Shown here in pieces: positions 12,522 through 23,725 of a stretch of 64,000 nt of DNA. The translations under genes and the position numbers were made by a program. The stretch comes from Fistulifera solaris. Its lineage: Eukaryota. The notes under the pieces are model-generated. The model ran no database searches, had not been told where the DNA came from, and was given only the letters and a program-made list of their open reading frames with translations. The DNA is taken from positions 744,001-808,000 of the forward strand of contig AP026132.1 of assembly GCA_030295235.1 (NCBI GenBank). Direction: 5' to 3'. Positions within the stretch are counted from its first letter, which is position 1; each line of letters begins with the position of its first letter.

Positions 12522-12936
12522 TGCTAATTGATACGGCGTTTCTCTCTAAACAGTCAATTATCACTTTTGGTTGCAATGAATTTTCTTTTTAGTCAATGAC
12601 AAGGGTACGGTACCATTCGACTATTTCAAAGAAATCAGCAGACCGCGCATATATCTCTAGTTGGTGCCTCGTGACTGAAACGCAGTCTTGGTTCCTAGAT
12701 TGTACACCCGGGGGCATAGTAAACATGCATCATTTCATCGGCATTTTGGCATCCTTCGGGGCCGGGTAGCCTAATGCGATGCTGAAGATAGGCATAATAC
12801 CGAGTACTGTTCATTATAATATTATCCATTCTAAAAACGCTGAAAAGCAGGAGGAACGGAGTGAGCGTAAAGATAGACGTTCTTCTTACTCCGGTCGATA
12901 AAATTTACCCTTTTGATAGTCTTCACGAGGCGGAGT

Positions 12937-14357
12937 ATGAATATTGACAGTGGCGACTGCGACGATGACTCCTCTCCGACGGAATGGGGGCTCTTTCATT
13001 TTGACGAAGAACCAAGAAGAAAACGGTTCAGAAACAAGTACGTCCTGCTTCTCTTTGTTAGTGGTATCCTGGTCATCGCTTCTGTATTTCGTCTGGAGAG
13101 ACTGCCCGCATTTCTTCTTCCGCAAGAAGCCAGCAGACCGACGAGTGTCTCGCAAGTCTCCTCGACGTCCCCACCGGAGTATCGCTACAAAGACGATATA
13201 ATTCGCGGCGATGATATTCAGAAGGCCGTCGCTCGAGATATTGCGCGATTTCGAAGAGAATGTGCGGACAAGAAATGGGCACTCGAGATTTTACATTCGT
13301 CCGATGGCATTTTCGAAATGGACGGCAAGACCTGTCGAAGATTACCCACGCAATCTGAAGTGTCGCGATTGTATGGAACAGATCCGGTCGTATATGGAAT
13401 GGAAACCTGCGAGCAGTTTCGAATGAATGTTCAGCAGGTTCGAAAGGAAGCCGCTGACTCTGAACGCGCCCTGCCGACCGTTCGCGTAGCGGGCTTGTTT
13501 AACACGGGAACTAACGCCATGGCCGCTTCTTTGGCTAGAAATCTGCAGCAAAACTATCCGCTGGGGGATGAAGAGACACTCAACTTTACAAAGATTGATG
13601 AACTGCTCCGTGTTCCTTGGGATAAGCATGTGCCGCCCCGGTTTCGTGGTATTAATGTGCTCGACAGAGATCAGGGAATTGACCTTCGCCTGGTGCTGCC
13701 GGTGGTTATGGTACGCGACCCTTACGGATGGATGCAAAGTATGGTAGGTCGGATTGTGTATGCGTGGTGTATGTTTGGTTGTAACATCATGAAGACGACT
13801 CAACAGAATAGTCTATAATCTTTCGCTCCGTCTCGTGATAAAAGTGCAAAGCACACTACGATGCTGCATGGAACAAACGCGAAAATCGATGCCCCGATCT
13901 ATTAGACGATAATGGTGTCAATTCGGTTGGCGTCAATTTCGAGAAACAGTTTTACGTTGCGTACGACAGCTTGGTCCATCTATGGAATGATTGGAATCAA
14001 GAATACGTGCAAGCAGAATTTCCGCGACTGATGATACGTTTTGAAGATCAGCTCTTCCACGGCGAGAAAGTGATGCAATTGATCAGTAACTGCACCGGTA
14101 TACCATTGAAAAAGCCATATATTTATCAATGGAGTGAGAGTAAGCTACATGGCTACTCTAGTAATCTCATCTCGGCGATCTCCAAGTATGCAAAAAAGCA
14201 AAGAATGCAATTGTCGTGGACTAAATCAGACTTGGAGTTCGCGAAAGCACACCTAGATCCAACTCTTCTACGAGTGTTCGGTTACGATAGCGAAGCGAAT
14301 CGACCTCGCGTAAGTCTTTGGTCTCACCTGAAAGTTATCCGCGCTTGGGTTGGTTAA
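12937..14357 (+). CDS. Type II membrane P-loop/sulfotransferase-like protein
   Basis: N-terminal TM; VAGLFNTGTN, VPWDKH, VMVRDPYGWMQSM|CKAHY (intron 13744..13844), HLWNDW, MIRFED. Confidence 0.7.
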
Positions 14358-14757
14358 AAGAAAACCTGGGTCGACTTTCCCCGATTGAGAATATGATCCT
14401 CGAAGATCAACTCTTATGGCGAGAAATTTCTGTAGACTATCCGCTAAGTGTCCGTAAAATTGATCAGATCAAAATAAGATCCACTGAGCTTTTTGTAACC
14501 TCGTCGCGGCGTTGTCGGAATATAGCAATTGGCGTGATTGACTTTTATTGACATGGAGTTTCTAAGTAATTTTGCATTTAACCCAAGTCATTTCCTCAAT
14601 TCCTTCCTGCGTATCGCAAAAGCTTTAATGACGTTGCGTTTCTGTGAAAGGATCAGTTCAAGCTAGTCTAAAATTACGGTGCTACTCGTTTGTCTACGTA
14701 TTCCGCATATCTAAATTGGTACCTCTAAATCATGCGCACCCGATCATAGAATCGCAA

Positions 14758-15929
14758 TCAATACTTTTCTTGAAAGTGTCGGACCCAGTTATCAATTGAT
14801 TTGTGCAGCGCGTTTCGCAATCCGCCACGGTAAATATTATCTTCCACGAGAGACGTTCGGGTACCCGTCGAAACCGTGAAGCCCGTAGCATCGTACGGTT
14901 CACCCACCATACAAGTGCCATCAACGTCCGGAAATTCGAGCTTGCCCCTGCAATCCATAAAGGACCAGTGTACTACGATGGACCATTCATAGATAAGTCG
15001 TTTCTTTCCACGGACGGTCGCCACACTAGCGTGTCCGGAGACAGTGGCGCTCGTGACTGTTGCCAGACCCTCCGAATGCTGAAAGGTGGTAGCTTGCAAT
15101 GATTCCCGCAACGATTCTTGGCCCCACGCCGAGACATCTTTTTCTTCCCAAGTTCCCGCTTTGTTCCACGCCGACTTTCCCGCTTCTTTGGTAGATGTAT
15201 CCTCAAAGGGTACTGTCTCTAGCTTTTGTGGAGCAATGTCACCAATCAACTTTTTGCATCTTCCGAGAGTTCATTGTGAAAGTAAGATGTCTTCTTTCCG
15301 TTGACAATTTTGTATCCTTTGACGTGATCCGATTTTGTAAAATTACCTTCTTCGTCTACGTCAACCTCCATGGGCTCCGATGTTGACGATACTGTACTGG
15401 ATGCTTTCGAAAGAGACTTGGCAGTGCTGGTTGTGGTGGTCGTCTTTGTAACGGATTTCACCGTCGTACTGACTACCTGTTGAGGTGCCTCGGACGCTTG
15501 CTTTTGAACCTTTTCCAGTTCCTTGATCAGAGCTTTGTTTGTCGGATCCAACGATAAAGCTTTTTGTAAAGTAATAACAGCATCTCCAGCTTTCCCTACC
15601 GATACTTGGGCCTGTCCTAATCGCCACCATCCTTTCACATAGGTCGCATCCAAGTCCACCGCCGACTGCGCCGAATGCAAAGCATCTTCCCATCGATTCA
15701 TCTTTCCCTGCGCTAAAGACAAATTGCTGTGTAAAATCGATTGTTGATTCGCGTCGGATGTGCATTCTAGAGCTTTCTTGTAGAGAGCAATCGCATCGGG
15801 CCAAACTTGCGCCTGAATCGCCCGTTTCGCTCGATCTTTGCATTCTTCGAGCATCCGCGTCTTGGCGGCCTCATCCTGGGGCTTGGCGTCGAGAATATCT
15901 TGATGTGCGGAAGCGAAGGGTTGATTCAT
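14758..15929 (-). CDS. TPR + Aha1-N domain protein (Hsp90 co-chaperone-like)
   Basis: TPR helices (AIALYKKAL, LHSNLS, YVKGWWRLG); GYKIVNGKKTSYF; SAWNKAGTWEEKD; RGKKRLIYE. Halves join if one base is added at 15251-15255. Confidence 0.85.
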
Positions 15930-16056
15930 TGTCGGTAGCGCGAAAAGATAACAAGAAGGGAATAGCAAGACGTCCTTAGTATGACGACGAAAGCGAAAAA
16001 GGAAAATGGCCGGTGCTGCGATTTTTGGGCTCCACGTGTAAAAAATCATGGAGTGT

Positions 16057-16873
16057 CTTTCCAGAAATTCTGGAACGACTTCCACAGAATTTCTGTATGA
16101 TCAAAGTTCCGATGTTCCAGAATTTCTGGAACGAATACCACAGAATTTCTGTATGATCGCAAACAACGTTGGTCCAGAATTTCTGGAACGACAACCACAG
16201 AAATACTGGAGAGTGTTTTCACGTTCCGGGAAAATCTGGGAGAGCGGTGTCTACACGTGGTCCAGAAAATCTGGACCATTTGTACTTTCGCGTTCCCAGG
16301 AAATCTGGGCAAGTTGTACTTTGTCGTGGTCCAGAAAATCTGGTGCAGGTATATTTTCACCTTCCCGGAAAATCTGGGAGTGTGCTGTTTTAGCGTGGTC
16401 CAGAAAATCTGGACCAGATGTATTTTCTCTTTCCCAGGAAATCTGGGCGTATCGTTCTTTGACGCGGTCCAGAAAATCTGGACCAGGTATATTTTCACCT
16501 TCCCGGAAAATCTGGGAGTGTGCTGTTTTAACGTGGTCCAGAAAATCTGGACCAGATGTATTTTCACGTTCCCAGGAAATCTGGGGATGTCGTACTTTGT
16601 CGTGGTCCAGAAAATTTGTGCTGTTTTAAAACGTGGTCCAGAAAATCTGGACCTGGTATATTTTCACCGTCCCGGAAAATCTGGGAGTGCAGTGTTCACA
16701 CGGGGTCCAGAAAATCTGGACCAGAAGTAATTTTACGGTCCCAGGAAATCTGGGGATGTCGTACTATGACGTGGTCCAGAAATTCTGGACCAGGTGCCTT
16801 TTCACGTTACCGGAAAATCTGGGATTGCGGTTTCCCTTTGGACGACCACCGAATTTCTGTTTGATTGCAAACA
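16057..16873. repeat. Hierarchical minisatellite of palindromic CCAGA-AAA-TCTGG units (~34.5/69/138-bp periods)
   Basis: GTGGTCCAGAAAATCTGG-type units at 16257, 16326, 16395, 16464, 16533, 16602, 16633, 16702, 16771, interleaved with TTCCC(A/G)G(G/A)AAATCTGGG units. Confidence 0.95.
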
Positions 16874-17200
16874 CCGGTTACTGCGAACTGCAAACTATAA
16901 CGACCAGGTAAATTCGAAGAACAGAACGACAACACCACAAATGACCCTTCTAGAACTATAAAAAAGTTGAAATGTTCGCATTTGGACGCGTTCTTTCAAA
17001 GAAATAACCGATTACCTTTCTATCTTCAGTGCAAGGTGCAAGGGTTCACAAATCCAATTTACAGAACGTCAGATGAAGAAAAACCTTCCCCAAAGAGCTT
17101 TCAGCTCTTGCGCCGACAGGTGACAGGTCGATATTCTTTCGCTATGGTCACAATTTTGTGAATCATCTCCGACCTGAAAGCATCGCTCAACAATTCCATC

Positions 17201-17788
17201 ATGTCGTTTGAACTCGCCAACGAAACTATCTCCTTCTCGAATCTCGTCGCCAAGATCGAACGAGTCAGCCAGCTTCAGAGTTTCTCCTTGGATTCGATTA
17301 CTCTGGAGGGAGATGAAGATGATTTACAAGTATTCACTAAATTCTTTCGCGGTCATTCGCACCTCGAGTCGGCAAGTTTCCGCAATGTCCGTTTTGTGAG
17401 CGAAGGAATGGACCTCGAACTCGTCTTGTCCATGTTGCTCATTTCGACCGACAAGTTGCGAGTGTTGAGCGTGGATGGATGTCCCATCAAACCCTCCGTC
17501 ATTACTGCTATTACCTACAATTCGACCTTGGATACGATTCGCATGGTGAACTGCGGTTTGACCGACGAGAATGCCATGAAGCTGGTGGACTCTTTGGCCA
17601 AGGCCTCCAGAATCACATCGGTGGATGTGTCGGGCAATAAATTCACGGATTTTGGGTCGCATGCCTTTAGTCAGGGTCTCAAGCAGCGCACCCAGGTCAC
17701 CAATGTTCAAGTGGATGGAGTGACGAAAACCGGAGAAGGCTCTGCGGTGAAAGGTTCGGCTCAGACGGTGTCGGCCAAGTCGGCCTAG
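17201..17788 (+). CDS. RNI-like leucine-rich repeat protein
   Basis: LRVLSVDGCPI, LDTIRMVNCGLTDE, ITSVDVSGNKFTDFG. Confidence 0.75.
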   Translation: MSFELANETISFSNLVAKIERVSQLQSFSLDSITLEGDEDDLQVFTKFFRGHSHLESASFRNVRFVSEGMDLELVLSMLLISTDKLRVLSVDGCPIKPSVITAITYNSTLDTIRMVNCGLTDENAMKLVDSLAKASRITSVDVSGNKFTDFGSHAFSQGLKQRTQVTNVQVDGVTKTGEGSAVKGSAQTVSAKSA

Positions 17789-18156
17789 ATTGTACTTGTA
17801 GCGCTATCGATTGATTAAACTGATGCATTTTTTGATCTGTATGTTTAAGTAAATATATATACTAGAAGCTAGAACGAAATACGATCTTCCGATTTCGGGC
17901 TTCGGGCGTCCCGCAATCAACTTAAGCTAGAATTTATTCTTTGCTGACATTAAAACGGAGAAGTCGACCACTGGTCTAGTTGAACTTGTAGTAGGGCTCT
18001 TACATCTTACATAGGTCCTTCTATACTGATCGATGTTATGGTTATGGATGAGTTTGTTAGATTGACAGGCACCAGGCACTTAATCTCTAAAATAATAATA
18101 ATCATGCATTATGTCTGAAGAACAATCCGACTCAAACAAATCCGGTCCCGGAAATC

Positions 18157-19612
18157 GAAATCCAGTCGTGGATCGGTAGAATCAACTGTATGGATCATAG
18201 TAAAAACATGAAGGTCAGGACTCGAAGACCTTGCCGGCTGAAATCGCAATTGCGCGAAGTTTCAAGGTGAGAGCATAACTAGTCTTAGATCTATTATTGT
18301 AATGAGACTATAATCAAACGCAAAAAAGACAAACAATTCGCGCTGCAGGCTGCATGTACAAAGGGATTGATGCAGTCTCATAACTGAAATCCAGTCGTGA
18401 ATTGGTGCAACCAACTGTATGGATGATAGTAAAAACTTGAAGGTCAGGACTCGGAGACCTTGCCGGCTGAAATCGCAATTGCGCGAAGTTTCAAGGTGAG
18501 AGCATAACTTGCTTTGGATCTATTATTGTAATGAGGCTATAATCAAACGCAAAAAAGACAAACAATTCGCGCTGCAGGCTGCATGTACAAAGGGATTGAT
18601 GCAGTCTCATAACTGAAATCCAGTCGTGAATTGGTGCAACCAACTGTATGGATGATAGTAAAAACTTGAAGGTCAGGACTCGGAGACCTTGCCGGCTGAA
18701 ATCGCAATTGCGCGAAGTTTCAAGGTGAGAGCATAACTTGCTTTGGATCTATTATTGTAATGAGACTATAATCAAACGCAGAAAAGACAAACAATTCGCG
18801 CTGCAGGCTGCATGTACAAAAGGATTGATGCAGTCTCATAACTGAAATCCAGTCGTGAATTGGTGCAACCAACTGTATGGATCATAGTAAAAACTTGAAG
18901 GCCAGGACTCGGAGACCTTGCCGGCTGAAATCGCAATTGCGCGAAGTTTCAAGGTGAGAGCATAACTTGCTTTGGATCTATTATTGTAATGAGACTATAA
19001 TCAAACGCAGAAAAGACAAACAATTCGCGCTGCAGGCTGCATGTACAAAGGGATTGATGCAGTCTCATAACTGAAATCCAGTCGTGAATTGGTGCAACCA
19101 ACTGTATGGATGATAGTAAAAACTTGAAGGTCAGGACTCGGAGACCTTGCCGGCTGAAATCGCAATTGCGCGAAGTTTCAAGGTGAGAGCATAACTTGCT
19201 TTGGATCTATTATTGTAATGAGACTATAATCAAACGCAAAAAGACAAACAATTCGCGCTGCAGGCTGCATGTACAAAGGGATTGATGCAGTCTCATAACT
19301 GAAATCCAGTCGTGAATTGGTGCAACCAACTGTATGGATGATAGTAAAAACTTGAAGGTCAGGACTCGGAGACCTTGCCGGCTGAAATCGCAATTGCGCG
19401 AAGTTTCAAGGTGAGAGCATAACTTGCTTTGGATCTATTATTGTAATGAGACTATAATCAAACGCAAAAAAGACAAACAATTCGCGCTGCAGGCTGCATG
19501 TACAAAAGGATTGATGCAGTCTCATAACTGAAATCCAGTCGTGAATTGGTGCAACCAACTGTATGGATCATAGTAAAAACTTGAAGGTCAGGACTCGAAG
19601 ACAATGCCGGCT
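18157..19612. repeat. 229-bp tandem repeat, about 6.4 copies
   Basis: GAAATCCAGTCGTG recurs at 18157, 18386, 18615, 18844, 19073, 19301, 19530. Internal copies are near-identical; the first copy is more diverged. Confidence 0.97.
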
Positions 19613-19715
19613 AAACCTTACGCGGTGTACGGAGTAATATTGCGCGACCCTCCTCAGCCTCGGCAAGGACACCAAAGACCAAAGTCAATATGTTAATTAC
19701 AAAAATGGGTTAGCT

Positions 19716-20759
19716 ATGAATCAGATATTCCCCCTGTCTCATTTTCTTTGTCATTTCCTGCTTCTGGGATGTTGTAGTGCCTTTTGTAATTTTAAGGCGG
19801 AGAGGAAGCCACTCCTGACGCCCTTATTTGGACGACTCGCTTTCCGTGAAGAGCCGGCGCCGAACGATGATGAAGACGACGAAAATGAGGATTTTTTGGA
19901 AGTCGACGCCTCTCGTTTCAAGGTTCCGCGCTTTCTGACTTTCGGTTTGAATGGAAGATCCGCTCCCGCTCAACGGAAAGCGATCGGTCTTTCTCGATCT
20001 TCTAACGCAACAATACACTATTGCGAAAACTGTGGGACGGAGTACGTTCAATGGGTGGGTCGGTGTTCGACCTGCCAACAATGGAATACACTGCGATCGC
20101 ACAGCGTCCCTAGACGTACAGCGGATGAGATATTGCGGGAAAGGGAGAAGACGCTCAACGCACAAGATGAGGATGCCTCTCTATTCGATGATTCTACCGG
20201 TGACACCTTAGAGATGATTTCAGCATTTGATGTTGAAGAGTATAGGAATAACTTGAACGGAAGTTCTGCAGACTACTCCGAAATGGATACTAATCGTCTC
20301 AATGCCGTGGAAGGCCGTGCTATGACCATTTCTGGAGGGAAACCTGTGGCTGTTGACGCCTTGGTGGTAGCAGGGAGTGGTCTACGAAGTGCAGTGGGAA
20401 TCGATCTTGGGCGCCTTTGCAGAACGCTGGCTATTATGCAAAAGAAGTTTGGAATTGATTTTAGAAAATTTGATGTGTACGTTGAATGCTCGGCTCAAGT
20501 GGGGCATAGTGCTGACCTGGCTGTAATGGGAGCAGTTATGAGTAGCCTTTCGGCTGTTCCTGTCCGAACTGATTCCTTTCTTATCGGGAAGATTGATCTT
20601 CTAGGGGGTCTTCAACCAATAGACGAAGAAAATGATCTGAGTTCTTTTTCCCGTATTGTCTGCGCTAACGAAAAGGAATTTCAGGGCAACACAGTTCTGT
20701 GTCAATCAATATCGGAAGCGCTGGACCAAGTTCTGGTGAGACGCTTTCCAAAGCTTTAG
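19716..20759 (+). CDS. RadA/Sms-derived protein (Zn ribbon + Lon-like C-terminal domain, no ATPase core), probably plastid-targeted
   Basis: YCENCGTEYVQWVGRCSTCQQWNT zinc ribbon; DVYV, ADLAVMGAVMSS, IGKIDLLGGLQPI. Signal peptide followed by SAF. Confidence 0.75.
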   Translation: MNQIFPLSHFLCHFLLLGCCSAFCNFKAERKPLLTPLFGRLAFREEPAPNDDEDDENEDFLEVDASRFKVPRFLTFGLNGRSAPAQRKAIGLSRSSNATIHYCENCGTEYVQWVGRCSTCQQWNTLRSHSVPRRTADEILREREKTLNAQDEDASLFDDSTGDTLEMISAFDVEEYRNNLNGSSADYSEMDTNRLNAVEGRAMTISGGKPVAVDALVVAGSGLRSAVGIDLGRLCRTLAIMQKKFGIDFRKFDVYVECSAQVGHSADLAVMGAVMSSLSAVPVRTDSFLIGKIDLLGGLQPIDEENDLSSFSRIVCANEKEFQGNTVLCQSISEALDQVLVRRFPKL

Positions 20760-21005
20760 CTCTGCATAACAATGAAGCGAATCGGCCAAAACTCTTGTTG
20801 CTCTCAATTTTTTACGCGTCGCTGGTATGTTCTTCGGGCTGCGCCAGACAATCACCCTCGAACTTTGCAATCAAAGCATCACGCAACAGGCACGCGAATC
20901 ATTATAGGCAAAAAACGGCATTTTTAATCTAATTATATTGAACAAAGCTAATGCTAGCAATTCAAATTGTCATAAACTTTAGTCGATTAAACGCTACATT
21001 AGTTC

Positions 21006-23017
21006 CTACACCACGCCTTGGGTAAACGAAGAAGAATTCAAAGATGCGACGGAGTCATAGCCACGCATTTCTCGCTCCACAGAATGGGCCAGTAAGGGAC
21101 TCAACACAGAGGACAGTCGGGAGGAACTTGTGCTTCTTCTTCTCTGATTTATTTCGTCCTGTACTATGTGCTCTTCTTCTTCCAAGGAAACATCGGCTGG
21201 ACGCTGGCAGCAAAACCAAAAGCCGAACGGAGATACACGATAAGCTCTTGAGTGTTCAACACTTTCGTATACAGCAAGTTCCAAACCTTCGTCCAGCCAG
21301 CTCATCACAACAACGACGACTGCAGACCCCGCAAGGGCGAACACAAGCGCAATGTCACTCTGCAGAAGCGACTCTAATGCCCCGTTTCCAGAAATCCCCA
21401 TGCTGGCGGCAGCGGAAATGCCGGCAACCGCGAATAACACCATTGTCTGGATTAGATAAGCACCGATGAAGAGAGCTCGATTGCGAGGGTCAATGGGAAT
21501 ACGTTTCACGTGCATCGACTTGATAAAAAATATCGAGACCAGACTAGCAGCAAAGCCTCCACACACAAGGGACTTCTCTGGTCCTGGCAAGGCTGCCGTT
21601 GCTGCCAAAAAGGAATGGGTCAGAAGATTGAGCCCGGAACCTAGTACCGTGGTACTAAGCAGTAGAAAGAATTGACCAGCGTGGTAGAAGAACGCGGCCC
21701 ATCGGTTTCCGAGCAAGGCGTGATCCTGGGCCAAAGTGTCTGCGTCGTCATTGACATAAAGCAATTTGATGCAGAAAAACAAAAGACAGACGGAACCGAT
21801 GAACGAGTAGTCCTGTAGCTTTGGCGTTTGGTAGGCAAAAAATTCACTCGCGACTACAACAACACTCTGTAGCAAAAATCCAAGCAAAGAATGAAAAGCA
21901 AGCCACGCTTGGACGCAGCAGCTTTAGTGGTAATAAGAAAAAATGAGCTTGAGTGAAAATTATGTGTAGCAAAAGAATAACGTAGCGAAAGTACACGTAC
22001 CATGAAAATCGTTCGCCAAAAATGCTCTAGGTATTCTCAATCCAGCCAAAGCAAGAGCCCCGACAAAGATGGTCCACCGAAAGTCCCAGTCCATTGGCTG
22101 GCCAAAAACTCCATACAACCAAACTCCCGCCTCACAAGCCGTCATTATGATGTTAAATGTGGCGTGATGCGTCAAATTGCGCCTCAAGAGAATGGTGGCA
22201 GGATCCGTAGAGTCGCCTTCGGATCGTGCTGCGAAAAGAACGCGCAAGTACAAACCGCAATGCAATAACGCTATGGCCGCGGCCATGATCATAATGCGAT
22301 TGGCATCCAGTGACTCGATGGGCGCCTGCACCGAAAGCGACGCAAACAGAACGGCGAAGCACATGAGCAAATGCGTTATTTGAGCACTCAGGTCCGTCGT
22401 GTCAAAGCGCGTCGAGTAGCTGGCTTGCTTGGACCATACATTGAAAAAGATGGCAAAATAGCAGAAGCTACTAAACCCGATCTTGCCCTGTTCACTCATG
22501 GCCACGCCCACACGGGTAAATCCAGTCACAATCACCAGATTGAAGAATAGGTCTGTCAAGGAGATGCTCTCTCGAACCATTACCTTGCCGCTCTTTTCAA
22601 ATCCAGCCGACCCAATGGACGGCAAGACTTGCGGAGCGCGCCAAATTCCTCCCGAATACCAAGCCTTGTCCGAGGACTGGCGCTCCAAAGTACGAGATGC
22701 TTCACCGTTTTTGAAACGACCGAGCTCTTCCGCCAACTTGACGATGGAATGAAAGAGTTTCCGTTTCCCGGCTTTCTCGGTAACGATTTGCTGTTTAGCG
22801 GCAGCCAACTGTTCTTCTAATGTCAGTACCTCAGCTTGGGTCTGTTTCTGTCGTCTTTTCTCGGTGTCTCCTCCGCTTCGGCTTGTCTAAGAACGTACAT
22901 TATGCGTGCATTAGTAAGACTCAAACAAAGAATACCGAAATCAAGTTCGAGACATCGAGATATAACTTTTTCTATCCAAATCTTCCTTACCTTCTTGGGG
23001 TTGTCGGAAGGCGCCAT
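21006..23017 (-). CDS. LtrA (low-temperature requirement A)-like multi-pass membrane protein
   Basis: LTDLFFNLVIV, YSTRFDTTD and many TM segments. Inferred introns 22887..22990 and 21922..22000; one base missing at 21886-21888. The first exon is inferred. Confidence 0.65.
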
Positions 23018-23439
23018 TTCTGAATCGAATGAAAATTTCACGACAAATGATATTCAAAGATTTTGAAAGATACGAATCTTTGCCCTAGCACTATGACGAA
23101 TTCAAAAGAGACTTTCCGTTTCCAGCGTAGAAAGCGCAGCTTTACCCCTCGTAGAATCAACTCTTTGCTGGGTGAATAACGTTATTGCAGGTTTCAGGGT
23201 CAGGAAGAGAAGACGGTGCAAAAGAGAATCATCATCATGCTGCTCTGTTTTTGTTTTGTTCGGGTTGTCGTCGTCGTCTTTTTTGAAATCCGGCACTCGA
23301 TCACGTTATTCGCATAACAATAGTAGTGCCTGTTGGGCGCCAAGCGGTACTTAGTTTCAAAAAAATTAGTAAGAAATGTCCATTTGTACTATTATCCCAT
23401 AGTGACTGTTACTATGATACTTTATGTTAGTTTTTATTT

Positions 23440-23546
23440 GGTCGTGAGTGCCGCTCGGTAACGAAAAATACCTATTTCAGTATAGTAGTATTATACTCTG
23501 ATGCTCTATGTAGGTTCTAACGGTCGTGAGTGCCGCTCGATAACGA
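23440..23546. repeat. 25-bp direct repeat pair GGTCGTGAGTGCCGCTCG(G/A)TAACGA
   Basis: Copies at 23440 and 23522, 24/25 identical, in a divergent intergenic region. Confidence 0.85.
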
Positions 23547-23725
23547 GATTGTTCCGCAGGCGGCAGGCGAGCTTATTGCGCGAGCAAGCACTCGGAAGCG
23601 TGCTGTTTCACGCGACATGACCGTATAAAACGCAATAATCGCAATCGATGCCTTTTATTCATTCAAAAAAATAATCACGACACAAGAAAGACAACTTTAT
23701 GAAACCTTTCCGACCATAAGGAATC

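Noticed and set aside
16057..16873. CRISPR array
   Set aside because: Linkers are short (about 12-20 bp) and recur with the 138-bp period rather than being unique spacers; no cas-like genes; eukaryotic context.
16046..16911. Repetitive ORFs of 92-193 aa on both strands
   Set aside because: A 69-bp period that is a multiple of 3 keeps several frames open; no frame stands out as coding.
18436..18466. Resemblance of CTTGAAGGTCAGGACTCGGAGACC to an Alu/7SL or Pol III B-box segment
   Set aside because: Short and imperfect; no A-box, cloverleaf or oligo-T terminator arrangement that I can support.
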